A DNA stretch of 64,000 bases from Geosiphon pyriformis uo1 (GCA_016748015.1 JAAOMT010000657.1:525464-589463); one strand, 5' to 3'; shown: positions 11,750-24,794, counted from the first letter of the stretch. Numbers and translations are program-made. The notes: generated by a model not told the origin, from the sequence alone.

Positions 11750-13050
11750 TAGAAAGAGTGTTAGCATTTTGATGATTTGCTCTTTTGTAGTATTGAATAT
11801 CATAGTCAAATTCATCCAAGTGAAATATTCAATGAGTTATTTATTTGTGTTCCAGCTTTTTTTTATTGCACAGCCAAACCAAGGCTTGATGATTTATTAC
11901 TACTAAGAATTTTGCACCAAGAAAATATTGATCCCAGTAGCTAGTAGCCCAAACTACTGCTAAATATTCTTGTTCAATAACTGAATAGTTTTTTTCTGCT
12001 GGTGTGAAAGATCTACTGGCATATACTATGGCATGTTTTCTGACATTTTCATCTTTCTGTGAAAGAACAGCACCAAATCCATAGCCAGATATATTAGTGT
12101 GGAGAATAAAAGATTGATCCAGATCTGGTTGCTTGAGAATTGGTTTAGTAACAAGTTTTTTTTTCAGAATTTCAAAAGCTTTTTGTTAATAAGTGCCTCA
12201 GTAATAATTCACATTTTTCTTGAGTAGTTAATTAAGAGAAAAGACAATTTTAAAGAAATTCTTGATAAATTTGCAATAGTAAGAAATCAAACCAAGGAAA
12301 AAGCATAGTTCAAGAACATTCATTGGTTGTTTAATGTTTTAAACTTTTTCAACTTTAGCTGGGTCAGAGAAGATTCCATCTTTTGTAATAAGATGACCAA
12401 GGAATTGGGTGAATTGGCATCCAAAGAAAAATTTGATTGGGTTGATCTTAAGGCCAGCATTTCTGAGCAGATCAAAAACCTTCTGTAAATGTTCAAGGTG
12501 TTCATCTCAGGTTTTTGAATATACTATTATGTCATCCAAGTAAACCAGAACAAAGTTTTTTTTTACTGATTCAAACACTTTATCTATTAGATGTTGAAAG
12601 GTGGAAGGAGTATTAGTAAGACCAAAAAACATGACTGTGAATTCATAGGTGCCATACTTGGTGATGAAAGCAGTTTTCTTTCTGCTTTCTGAATCCATCT
12701 CTACTTGCCAGAATTCAGCAGTTAAGTTAATGGTTAAGAAGAAAGCAGCACTATTGAATTTATCTAGCATTGTATTAATTTTGGGGAGTGGGTACATGTC
12801 TCTTATAATAATGACATTTAGATGACAGTAGTCAACACAAAAGTGTAGGGTTCTATCTTTCTTGAATACCACTACAACTGGAAAAGCCCATTCACTCTTG
12901 GTTTTTTGTATGAATCCAAAATCTTTTATCCAGTTTATCTCTTTCTTGATAAACTTATTATTGCATCAATTGGATTGATAAGGCTTCAAATAGATGAGGC
13001 AAGTTTCTTTTGTGGTAATGGTGTGTTGTATTACATGAGTTCATGCAGGA
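11750..13050 (-). pseudogene. Gypsy reverse transcriptase and RNase H
   Basis: FCVDYCHLN, KTAFITKYGTYEF, FGLTNTPSTFQ, VYLDDIIVYS; RNase H-like GFGAVLSQ and YASRS on the minus strand near 12000-12100. Confidence 0.93.
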
Positions 13051-13619
13051 GTATCATCTTCTTTTGAAATAACTGGGCTATTTTTAGCCAACAGATTTTC
13101 AATGTCCACTTTTTTTTCTTTAGGAGAAGGTTTTCTTTGTTCTACAACTAATGATTGGATTTCAGGTGGTTCATTCTCAAAGGACTTTTGTACTTCTTTA
13201 AGTTCTTCTTAAGGTATCAAGCTAATTGGTTCTCAATTTTTGTAATAGATCAGACAGGATTTGCATTCATCACTTGGTAAATACAAAAGTTTATTACATC
13301 AGCACCATGCACAAGAGTCATACCACCAATAACTGTATTTGGCTTTTTTGCCAGGCTTTCTGTCAAAGGTTTTTCTGAAGATATCATAGTAGAGCCAGCA
13401 GATTAGCTTGCCATTCACCATGATTCTTTCTTTGTCAGCTTTAACATTGTCTAGAGACTTGTCATTGCTAGTAAAAATGGTATAGGCAAGTTCAGCAGTT
13501 TCTTTTTGTTCTTCTTGATTTTCATCATCATTGCTCTCATTATCATTTAATTTATTTGATTGTTCTTCTTCTTGGTTCTGTCGGGTTACTGAAAAAGTTG
13601 TCCAATGACAGCACTTAAC

Positions 13620-13970
13620 CACAATAGGTTTCTCACTATATCTGATGGTTAGTTCACAGAGTTCATAATCAAGCAAGGCTTTTGCTTTCTTAAATTACTT
13701 ATTACTAACAATAATAGTATACTCTTTTGCTTTAGATACTTCCATGTTAGTTTCAATGCTAATGCTATTGATTCAAACAGAAACAGCTTTAGTTATGTCC
13801 AGATTTTTCTTTTTGTCACCATGTATATTGGTCATTGGTCTTGTAGACAGTTCATCAATTTTTCTGCCAATTGCTTCTAAAAAGTGTTTGGCAATAACAC
13901 TAACAAATGATCTACTGTCCAGGATCAAATCAATAAAGTAGCCAGCCACTTGGGCTTTGCAAATCAAAGA
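13620..13970 (-). pseudogene. Gypsy aspartic protease
   Basis: LILDSRSFVSVI (degenerate LDSGS motif). Confidence 0.8.
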
Positions 13971-13999
13971 AGTGACATTGCTGTTGTCAGCAAGTCCAG

Positions 14000-16031
14000 C
14001 TTAATAAGAGTGTTTATTGGTTTTTGGTGTCTTTTTCTTTGATATTAATGATTTGCAAAGGTTTTTTCTGAATTGGGAATGGGTCATTAACTGGCCAAAG
14101 ATAATGTAAGCAGGAGTTTTCATGAGATCTTTAACAACAGAATATGGTCCAGATTTTTGTACAATTTTTGGAGGCTTCAACTTTGGAGAATTTTTAAAAA
14201 CTTTAGCTTTTGGTAGCTCATTGTTATCAACAGTTAATATGGAGACTTTTTTTAGATCTATAATGAAATCAATCTTGGCTTTCTTCTTCTTTCTTGTTGG
14301 TTTAGAAGTGTTGATTGCTAATTCATCCATGTTATAGTCATCATTAGTTAGGTTAAAAGCATAAAAAAGGTTTTCTTCTGGTTGGCTTGCACTTTTACCC
14401 TTTGGAGATGTGCCTACCAGTTTAAAGGCTGATAAACAGTGGCTTCTATTAGGGGATCCTCTCCAAAGAAATTGATGTTAGCATGATTGAGTCTTTAATT
14501 GAGAACATTATTATTGTTGGGTCTGTTATTCTGAATGTTATTATTTCTAGGAGCTGGAGGTGACAATGGAGGATTGTTACAGTCTCTTAAGAAGTATCTA
14601 GTTAGTTCAAAGTGATAACACACAAATGAGCCACGATTTTGCTGTCTTTAATATAGTGGTTGTTGGGGCTAATTGAAGCGGGGTTCAAATCTGGGTCTTT
14701 GGAGTTGTTGATTTTCTCTAACTGCTTGGGCCAAAGATTCCAGTAGCCAGGCAAGATTAGCTGTGAGTCTATCTATTAACTGTTCATTTGGGTCTTAAGT
14801 TTGGACAGCAAAAGAGGCAGTAGCCATTTGTGGAGCTAGAACTATGGCAGAAACAGGAGCAAAAACTGGAAGTGTGGATCTCAAATGCATCCTTTGGTTA
14901 TCTTCAATTTTTTGTGCCAGTTCAATAGCCATGTCTATTGTTGAGTTATCTTTTAAAGCCAAAAGAGGCCAAAAAGCATACAATAAATTAGTTTTTAATC
15001 TTTTTGTAAAAGAATGGATCTTTTGCTCTTTTGTTCAGTTTCTCCCAAAGTTTACACATTTGATTATCTTTCTAATAGCTTTGGCATATTTAGTCACTAC
15101 TTCTCCAAGGCCTTGGGTTCTTCTTTTTAATTCCATGTGCCATTTGGATATTAATATTGGGGTTCTAAACTTGGTCTCAAACCAGGTAGTAAAAAAGGTA
15201 TTTTCTTCTCTAGTATTGGTTAGTATCCATCTGATTATTCGGTGTTGAGCATTGGCATCTGTTTCTTGTAAGAACCAGGTAGCAAAAAAGCCTTGGAAAT
15301 AGCCACCAATGATTTGGAACTTGTATTTTTCATTATACTGGTTGGCTGTGGCAGCTCTCTCAAAATCATCCAACTATTCAATTAGATTTTGTGCATTACC
15401 TCTAAATAGTGGTAGTGGGGTATTGTTTCTTCTTTCTAAAGCAGTTTGTATATCTTAGAGAATGGCCAGAATGTTTGCTTGTATGGGATCATTAGCCATT
15501 GGTTTAGGGATAACTGTTTGTGTAGATGAGTTTGATTTGCTTAATAAAAGATCAAAAACAGAGACAGTTTAGTAGCTTTCTTCTTCTGTTTCAAAGGGAG
15601 TTTTAGTTGCTTGATGAACAGCAATCCAAATGTGAATTTGATGATTCAGATATTCGAAATTAGGGGGCTGTTGCTTGATGAACAGCAATCCAAATGTGAA
15701 TTTGATAATTCAGATATTCGAAATTAGGGGGCTGTTGTTTAAAGATTGTAGAATACAAGAGCTGATTGATACTGTTGTTTCTTTCTTCAAAGTTGTCTTC
15801 AAAATAAGCTTGGTCAAAGTGATAGATTGTATAAGCTGTGTAGGTTTCAGCTGAATGCTTGTTCAGGAACCAGTTCCAAAAGTCTTGAAATTGTCTGCTG
15901 GATTGTTCTTTAATGGAGAAGCAAATCAAGCAGGAGGACAAAAAATTAAGTTCAATAAAGTTTAGATTGTTTTTGTTGTGTGCTTTAAAGTGTTCTTCTG
16001 ATTGTTATAGCAGGTATAAATAATTATCTAT
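14000..16031 (-). pseudogene. Gypsy gag (capsid-like region plus degenerate CCHC knuckle near 14580-14622)
   Basis: DDFERAATANQY, RTQGLGEVVTKYA, AIELAQKIED; located directly after the PBS. Confidence 0.8.
15607..15735. repeat. Tandem duplication of a ~62-bp unit in the gag 5' region
   Basis: GTTGCTTGATGAACAGCAATCCAAATGTGAATTTGAT.ATTCAGATATTCGAAATTAGGGGGCT occurs twice back to back. Confidence 0.9.
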
Positions 16032-16060
16032 ACAATAGGAAACAAGATAAAATTTGACAA

Positions 16061-16077
16061 CCTTACAGGAAGCACCA
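16061..16077 (-). promoter_or_regulatory. Primer-binding site TGGTGCTTCCTGTAAGG (for a tRNA ending ...GAAGCA-CCA; elongator Met or Ile-type, uncertain)
   Basis: TGG-initiated sequence 6 nt inside the 5' LTR boundary. Confidence 0.75.
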
Positions 16078-16083
16078 CTTTTA

Positions 16084-16829
16084 TGTTATGAGTTGGAGTA
16101 ACAAGCTAACAGATAGCAAGGAAGAACAGGATTATAGGGTAATGGAAATAATCAAAGAGAATTTAACTTTAAAGAGCAAATTGAATAAGTATGGATTCAA
16201 TGTGCGAGATTAGTTTCATAAAATATCTTAGTCACTATTCTTTTCAAAAGGAAACTGGGGAATTTGAAGATAGAAGAATAGTCTGTACTGTCAACAAATG
16301 ATCACACTTGGTATAATTCTATGCCTCACATCAGCATTCTTAAAATTCAATATCAAGTATCAGATGTGCTCTTTAGTCATGTTTTATTCAATAATTTTCA
16401 AATACTATACTTATACATTTTAGGAAAAGGGTAAAAATTAACCAACAAGTAATCTTTTATCCCAAGATGTTCAGATACTTAAAGGTAGGAAAAAGGAAAT
16501 TAGCAATAGAGAATGATTGAAATGAAAGTTGTTATTTTATTTATTCTTGATTATTTTGAACATGCTTTCTACAGCTAAAAGATTTATTGCTTATATAGCT
16601 GTCAAAAGTGATCTATAATTAGGTCAACAACTAGGTCAATGATCAAGTCAATGGTTAGGGCAATGATTAAGTCATTGATCAGGTCAATGATCAGGTCAAT
16701 AATTAGGTCAATGGTCAGGTTATTGATCAGATCAATGATTACTATCTAAAAATAGTGTGGCTAATTTATATGACATCAGTGGTTAATACATGTAATAATT
16801 AATAAGAAGTATAAGTTTCAACTTTAACA
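16084..16829 (-). repeat. 5' LTR of gypsy A (746 bp) with a 12-bp GATCAGGTCAAT array (~16610-16740) and TATA box (TATATAAG on -, ~16589-16597)
   Basis: TGTTA...TAACA termini; homology to the other two family-A LTRs. Confidence 0.93.
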
Positions 16830-16833
16830 ATAT

Positions 16834-18400
16834 TTTGAACAACTAAAAAACTTTTTTTAACATGTAAAGCACCAAAAAAAGAGAATTTAGAATCAAAACT
16901 AGAGTGAACATCATTAAAAAAGACAGTAAACAAAGCTATCTAAACTCAAAATTTGCCATTGAATATAACAAGATAAAAAATAGGAATACTTTTTTTAAAA
17001 TATAATCTTGCTAATTAAAGACAATTTTTTTTGAAACAACTCTTTTATAAATTTTTTTAGAAGACAAAACAAATATGCTTGATGTATCATACTTCAAAAC
17101 TGAATGTCCAAAATGTCTGTATTTTTTACAATAAACCAAATCTAACTTAGTCCAAAAGAGTTTTATATTACCAAAAATTGGCTTTGTGTGAAAAGCAGTC
17201 TCAAGTTTTTTACTTATTTTAAAACTAATCATAGCATAATGAATTTTATTGTCAGTATTAAATGATTAGTTAATAATACAAGTTTTTTACCAGTTTTCTT
17301 TAATAAAGCACCAAAATCATAAACTATTGTTTTTATAGGCAAAATAAACAGAAATACTCTAAACTGATTTCTTAACTTCCAAGTTTTGTGATTTCCTATG
17401 GTCTTTGTCATATGTACTAATTTTTTCCAATTAAAAATGACCACTTTGTTGTCAATTAATTTGCTTGAACTAATTTGGCAAATTTTACTACAGTCTTTTG
17501 TTATAGCCTAATTGGTTGTAATTAGATTAATACTATCTAATTATACTTGGCTATTGTAGCAATAATTATTTTTTTTGGTATATTTATAAGAATTTTCTTG
17601 ATTATTACAGTCTAATCTGACTTGATTTTTTGTTTTTTGACATTATTGTTTATAACAATTCTTTTTTCTTTAGCCAATAATATAGTTTTTTCTATGCTTT
17701 TTTCTAAAATAAATATAGATTTAATGATTTCTTTAAATTTTAAAGAAATAGTGGTCTTTTCAAAACTATTAATTGATAAAAATAACTTTTTGATTGTTTG
17801 TATTTTAGCCATTGCTGATTTGCTCTTCATAGCTAATAAATTAATATCCAAAATAAAAATTTTTTTAATGGTTACTTCAATTGTAGTCTTTATTATCTTA
17901 GAATTAAACTATTTTTTATTCAAAAAAATGTTGAAAAGAGGCAAAAAAAAATTAACTTTTTTTTTCATATCAAATTTAAAAAAATCTAGAAGAAATCTAT
18001 AATTTATACTACTAATTACTTTTTTGGCTTTAAAAAAGATCTATTATTAATGTCTTTTATAATAATACTGTTTTTATTACTATTAGACTTACTGTTTAAA
18101 TTTGAGTAAACACTAATAGAACCAAACTTAAACAAAGATATATTTTTTTTTATCATCAGAGTGTTTAATATTGTCAAAAACTACTCTTTTTTTTAAGCAA
18201 AAAAACCACCAGTAAAACCATAAAAAGCTTTTTTAAGCACTTTTTTCTTAAATATATTATTATTTGAAACAGTTTTCAAATTCATAACAAAAAAATTATT
18301 AAGTTGAGAAATATTAAATAAAAAAAATAAGAGAAAACAAAAAACTTTTTTTTTGAAAATATGCTTTTTGAAGAATATAAAATATAGAAGAAAAAAAAGT
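16834..18400 (-). mobile_element. Degenerate LINE, part 2 (5' end and ORF1 N-terminal portion)
   Basis: ORFs 17011..17232, 17229..17444 and 17612..17851 align with ORF1 at 60169..61564 (e.g. TKPIFG, VYCKKYRHFGH). Confidence 0.85.
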
Positions 18401-18544
18401 TTTTATTTTTTATAATTTAATTTATTAAAATTTTAAAAGCATTATGTTAATTATAAAATAGTTTCTAAAAACTTATTATTTTTATTATTGTTAATTATAA
18501 TTTATTATTTTATGTTCTATATTTTTTATATTATTTAGTATTTT

Positions 18545-19720
18545 TATTTATTTATTTAATAAGTAAGACTCAAATACTATCTAGTACAATAGATCAAACT
18601 AAGTAATCTAAACTAGGCACAAATTATGTTTTTTTTACATATAACTAGTCACTTGGGCCAATCAAAACAATATTATAAATCTATCTTAATAGTAACTACA
18701 CTATTTGTACCAGAAAAAAATAACAAAATTTATGAAAACCAAAGCTTATATCATGTGTTTCCACAATTTTAAGCAACCTTATCACATTATCAGAAAACAG
18801 AAATAAGAAACCATAAATCTTCAAAGACACAGACCTATCATTAGTAATCATACCTCTTTTTTCCATAAATGCTCTATGCTTAGCTTTTATTAATCATATC
18901 TCAATCTAATAACTCATATCCAAACTTCACACCAAATTGACAACTTTTTTACAAACTGATCTAATACAACCAAAAACAGAAACAGCTTCTAAATATTAAT
19001 TCTTAAACACAAAACTCTTGTACAAAGCAGTATACATAGCATTATTGGAAGAATACAGGAAAAAAAATTGCAGAATACATGATAATGACAAGCCTAAGTC
19101 TAATCTGGAACTCCACCAAACTGAGTGCAAATTAAGCAGTTTTTTGCAGATGGTAAAGTTCATTGGACAAATAAATAAGTAATTAGGAAGTTTCACTTCT
19201 CTACAAAGCAGACACAATATGCTGAAGTATCTCTTATTATACAAATACTTCTTAATGACAACAAACAACTGGTAATACAAAGCCTTTATAAAGTATAAGC
19301 ACAGACTTATAATAAGCCTACTTATAAACTTGAATGCCATATACAAGTCAAAATGCCAAACTAAAAATATTTGAGACCAATCTACATTCTTAATTATATC
19401 TTTACCAATAATGTTAGAATCAGATCCAACCTCTTATTAAGCACACAGAACTGCTTTAAAAACATCATGAGTAAAATAGTGAACATTCTTAAACACTAGT
19501 ATCCTACTGGCTTTAATAAACTTTTCTTTAATAAGAACAAAAAATTTTAAATTAGAATGTAAAGCCAAGTTAGCCAGCATGTTAACTTAGCCATTACTTA
19601 AGACATCCAAGTGGTTCTTAACTTTAATTTAGGAGATATTAAGTTTTTTATGCTTAATAAAATTAGCAATATTATGTCTTTCAAGTCAACAGTGATTATG
19701 AAGTATTTTTGTTAATTATT
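18545..19720 (-). mobile_element. LINE 3' fragment (RNase H C-terminus, CCHC motif, 3' UTR, A-rich tail)
   Basis: CLLCREVKLPNYLFIC; the 3' terminus matches 39845-39965; T-rich tail on + at ~18540-18557. Confidence 0.8.
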
Positions 19721-20914
19721 TTATATTATTTTATTGTTTTAAATTACATATTTTTTGTTTTTTATTCAAATAATACTAATTATTTTTAATTATAATTATT
19801 AATAAGATATTAATTTTTTATTTATTTTTTGTTAAATTAAAATAATAATAAAATTAATAATAAATATAACATTATAAATAACTTAATAATAAAAAATACA
19901 TACTATAAATATAAAATTAACTTATTAAAATTAAAAAGCTTATTAGAAAAATAATTAAATACCAAAATAAATTTGTTAAAAAAAACAAAAAAAAACAAAT
20001 ATTAATATTATAAATTTTAAGTTTTAGGTGTTTAATTTGTTAATTAGTTTTTATAAAAAATAATAATATTAAAAATTAATTTTATTTTAATTAAAAAAAT
20101 TATAATTTTTTAAATTATTTTAAGATTAAATTAGTTATTTTTTGGTTAAATTGTATTTAAAATTAGTAAATTAGTTTTTTAAATAAATAATTATATTTTG
20201 TTTTATTTTTAATTTTTAATTTTTAATTTTTATTTAATATTTAAAATATTATTGTTATTTTTAGTTCTTAAAAAAATTTAGATATTATTATAATTAAAAT
20301 TAATACTTTAAAAAAACCATATTTAATAAAAAACTTTTAATTATTATTATAATTTTAAATATTAAATTTTAAAATATTTAATATTGTTTTAACATAAATT
20401 TAAATAATTAATCATATGTTAAAACCATATAATTTATGCTTATAGTTATAATATTTTATTGTAAATAAAATAAATAATAAATGAAATACATATTGTTAAA
20501 ATATTTGAAAATTTATAATAATTATTATTATTATTAAGCTTAAAAAAAATCAAAAACAGTTATTTAATAACTTAAATACATAATAAAAAATAAGTTAATT
20601 AATTTAAAATACTAATTTTAAAAATTATAGTATTTAAAATGTTTTAAATTTTAAAAAATATAATTGTATAATTTTTTAATAATAATAAAGCAAATATAAA
20701 TATAAATCTAATTAATTATATTGTTAATTTTATAGATTAATTTGGTCATAAAAATTATTTTTAAAACAATAACTTTTATAAAAAATTTTAATAGTGTGTT
20801 TTTTAACAAAAATTGAAAACCAAATTAAAATTTTAAAATAAATAGTAAAATATTACAAATTAATAATTTTTATTTTAACAATAATAATTTTACTATTTTA
20901 TTTTTTTTGACTTA

Positions 20915-20945
<31 letters not shown>

Positions 20946-21300
20946 TAACAATAATTATTATTATTATTTAAAAAAACAAAAATTTTAAGAAAAATGTTTT
21001 TACAATGTTTTATTTAACTGTTTTTACTTTAAAAAAAAATTTGTTTTTTAAATATATTATATAAAATATAAAATTTCCACATTTTTATATTTTTGTTTAT
21101 CTTTAATTTATTATTTAAATTTAAATTTAAAATTTAAAATTTATTTTTATTAAATATCATATTATCAATTTTTTTAGTTATAAATACTTATTAATCCAAA
21201 ATCCAATTATAAAAAGTGTATTGAAACTAAATCTCAATTTTAAATTTGTAAACTTCTCAATACAAAGTTTCAATATAAGAAATCTCAAACCATTAAAAAC
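19720..21300. other. Extremely AT-rich, heavily mutated repeat remnant (possibly a hAT-like DNA transposon)
   Basis: Almost no G/C; only a weak resemblance on the minus strand (~20100-20180) to the hAT dimerisation region. Confidence 0.3.
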
Positions 21301-22622
21301 TTAAAGCATTATTAATAAGCAAGGGTTTGGGTTGGTAAAGAGGGAATTTTACGTTCGGTGGTCGGGAAAATAAATAAATAAAAAAGGTAAATATAATAAA
21401 AGCAAAGAATCAATGATTTAGAGATGGTCTTTATGATGATTTTAGGAAAGACAGAAACGCGTGACAAGCTAATCAAGAAAAATCAAGTTATGTGAATTTA
21501 AAAAAGTTTAAGGTTCGGGATATCACGTATAATTATTTTGACCCAAATTAACAAAACACTGATGAAACAACAAGTAATCAAACCTTAAACAGAGTTTTCA
21601 ATGTCAAGAATGAACCATCATATGAATAGCTTTGAATGAGGGATTGTTGATTCATCGAGTTCATTCAATTGAAAGTGAAAATTGATGTTCACAAATAGTT
21701 TTCTATTTGGGGTTTTAAATTTTCTCACTTCCCAGCAAAGCAAAGTATCGTACCGATGAGATGGCGCTGAAACAAGTTTAATGACAAATCGGTCAATTCC
21801 TATCGGCAGCTACCATTGATATCGAGACCACCTACATTCGAGAAAGATCCATAGTACTTAGCTACGTTAGAAGCCTAAAAAGAGTTACGAAAGCTAATTT
21901 TTCTTTTCAATGTTTGTGTTGATCCGCGTTTGAAGTTCTTTGTGCTCGAAAACCTGCTTTTAACCTACTAGTATGAATCCCCCAGAGCCTGATATTGTTT
22001 AATAGGCGTTTTGTTTGAATAATTATCGTTTCGCTATTCTGCACTAAGCCAAGAATTCAAATTTTTATATATGTTTGTAAATTAAAATACTTGATGATTG
22101 TCAATTTGGCATGTTTGTAAATTCGAGAAAAACTTTTTACCATTGAAGTCTCGAACACAAATTATCAACAAAGATCTTCAAATATTAACATATGTCAGAG
22201 ACACGCGCTTCATCAGGAAATATCGTTATTATTGATGTCAAACAATAGAAAATCAAAACATCAGTAGCACACAATCGTGTACTTGTTCGACCAGTTCAAT
22301 CATTATTTATTTGTTGTTTTTACTTGATTTCCATTCGATTCCCGGAATTTGTACAAAATTATAAGGGGAAAGGTGAGTAGGTTTTTTGATGAAATCATTA
22401 TTTACTTTTTACTTTTGGAATTATGTTCCGATGGCTATTCTACAAGGAAGATCGGATGCAAAAAAAGAAAACGAAAAAACGGGGGAATGACAAGAAAAAA
22501 AATGCTACACATGCCAAAAAAAAAGGGGAGTCAACCAACACTGCTTGAAAATATACATGCAGCGGGTCAACAAAAAAATTTACAGATTAAGAAAAAAATG
22601 GGGAAGACAATTGCGTCTTTGT

Positions 22623-22663
<41 letters not shown>

Positions 22664-22688
22664 ANNNNNNNNNNNNNNNNNNNNGGGG
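22623..22688. other. Poly-G tract abutting a 20-N assembly gap
   Basis: About 40 G followed by N at 22665-22684. Confidence 0.95.
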
Positions 22689-22891
22689 GAAGGGAGGAGG
22701 GAATGGGGAATCTTACAAAAAGGATAAATCAAAAGGGAAGTGTATATAGGGAAAATTTGTATCGAACTGGAAGAGTTCGTGAATAAAAAGAAAATGATTT
22801 ACAAAGATAAACTAAATGCCAATTAAAGACATTTTTTTTTATTTGAACATGAATTAATTTTATTATCTGGTCAAATCTATTTTATCAATGA

Positions 22892-24794
22892 TCATGATTC
22901 TTCAGGTTCATCAAGAACCTGTTTCAAGATCTCACATCTCCTTTCCAAAACGCTCAGAATTCCTTCAATTTGCTTTCGGGACATTTTGCCAACCAATGCC
23001 TTGAAACGAGAATCATCGAAATCGAAATGAGGTGGCATAAATGGAGATCCCGACGAAGCAAATTGTTGTGGATGCTGAGCGCTGGTAGATATAATGGCTA
23101 ATTGTCCTGGGGAAATTTGGGATTGTCCGACCATAAGTGGCATGATAGGGCGTTGACCTGGCAAAATAGTTTGAATGGTAAGAGGAATTTGTTGAGGAGA
23201 AGTTGGACTTATCGAACCAGAATCCGAAGAAGCTTCTGATCCTGATAGATCACCGCTACTATTTGGATTATTGCCATTATTGGCACCCCAATCACGGCGA
23301 CGACGTTGAATTTTCGCTTTTCGCATGGCAACAGGGCGATCACGATTATGTAATTTTGCATATAAGCCGCAGGCATTACATATTGGTTGACCTTTTTCAT
23401 TTTTGCGCCACAAAGGTGTCTGGGTTTGAGCACAATTAACACAACGAATCGGAGTTTCACTTGAGGATGAGACAGATGACTGTGATTCCTGCTGCTGCTG
23501 CTGTTGTTGTTGTTGTTGTTGTTGCTGTTGTTGCTGCTGCTGTTGTTGTTGTTGTTGCTGTTGAGATGGTTGCAATTGCGGCTGCTCTTGTGATGATTGT
23601 TCGTTGGTAGTTTCTCCTGAAATATGATTATTCGAATTGCTACGGGATAACGTATACGGACCAGTGGCAGCACTAGGCTTATTTCTGATATGTAGGGGGC
23701 GATGCGTGTTATATTGTTTGTAATAAAGACCACAAGCATTGCACAAAGAATGCATCCGATCAGGAGTTCTACGCCAAAGTGGGGTTTTATTAACACCGCA
23801 GTTATAACATTCAAGTTGACGTGGTGGTTTATTGCTCATATTCTTCTTTGCATTTGATGAAGATCTTTGTTTTTGTGGGAGCGAAACCTCGATAGTTTGT
23901 TCTCCAGAAAGTTGTGCAGAGGGGGGTGGGGTTGAAGGAACGGAGGAGAACGAACTGGGTGATGAGTGTTCTTCTTTTGCTGGTACATTTGTGGAAGACG
24001 TTTCATCGTCTGGAAGAACCGAAATAATTGAATGAATTAAGAACATATCATGATAAGAAATTAGTAAAAAGATAAAATGACATAAAAAACTTACTGTTAA
24101 CTTGAGATATTTGGTTCTCTGCCTGCTCTAATTTAATATACATATCAATGCAATCTTCTTGTTTGATCGATGGTGATTTATCATGAGAAAGGATTGGTTG
24201 ACAATGCATTTGTGAAGGAGAGACCAATGAAAGTGTGTTATTATCAGGTAAAGCCGTAAATCCTCCATCAGAACTCATCAAAAAATCCAATGGTGATTGA
24301 AGGGATTCGTCCATGAGAAGAGAATCATCAAAATTGTGACTGACTAAACGAGGACTATCAATACCATTGCTACTACCAAAACTGCTTTCAACTGGAGAAT
24401 CTAAACCAGTTGGGGATAAACATTTATTCTGGTTTGGACTTGGTAACATCACGTCACCGGTATCGGGACCTGTAAAAAGAGAATCACCAACCCAGTTTTC
24501 GACGAGGGGTGATTGAAGATGCTGCAAAATTGGAGTAGTCGCGACACCATTGGCTGTTAACCAGTGTTGAAGATTATATTTTTGATCAGAAATTCCGTTT
24601 GAAAGTGCTAATGACATGAAATCACTGTCTGAAATCTGCGAAACCGAATCCTCAGCCATCATTTCATAAGAAGGTATTTGAATTTGCAACATTTTATTGT
24701 CACCTGACCGACCCATGGCGCAAGAAGTAGAAACTTGTGGGGCGTAAAGGAAAGAAGTACCTTCGACATTCATTATAATGTGATTTGGACCCAT
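22892..24794 (-). CDS. GATA-type transcription factor with two zinc fingers, ~605 aa; exons 24794-24095 and 24009-22892
   Basis: CYNC-X18-CNAC and CVNC-X17-CNAC fingers, both with TPLWR; a phase-1 GTAAGT...CAG intron (24094-24010) joins the two ORFs in frame; polyQ between the fingers. Confidence 0.93.
23490..23563 (-). repeat. CAG/CAA coding microsatellite (polyQ)
   Basis: Visible trinucleotide run between the zinc fingers. Confidence 0.95.

Larger units (their letters stand above)
9052..16829 (-). mobile_element. Full-length but disrupted Ty3/gypsy LTR retrotransposon (family A) inserted in LINE ORF1; 4-bp TSD ATAT
   Basis: LTRs at 9052..9687 and 16084..16829; ATAT at 9048-9051 and 16830-16833; domain order gag-PR-RT-RH-IN; the LINE resumes collinearly on both sides. 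Confidence 0.95.

Noticed and set aside
16610-16742. Short regular repeats here and at 5780-5965 considered as CRISPR-like arrays
   Set aside because: No unique spacers, no cas genes, eukaryotic context; they are tandem repeats inside LTRs.
21745-21780. CCGATGAG...GAAAC resembling a hammerhead ribozyme core
   Set aside because: The core is not CTGATGA and no convincing stem II or flanking stems are present.
22349-22786. Gly-rich ORFs 22349..22786 and 22545..22727
   Set aside because: Artefacts of the poly-G tract and N gap.
22892-24794. Naming the GATA gene sreA/fep1 or areA
   Set aside because: It lacks the inter-finger Cys cluster of SreA/Fep1, and AreA has one finger, so no symbol was assigned.
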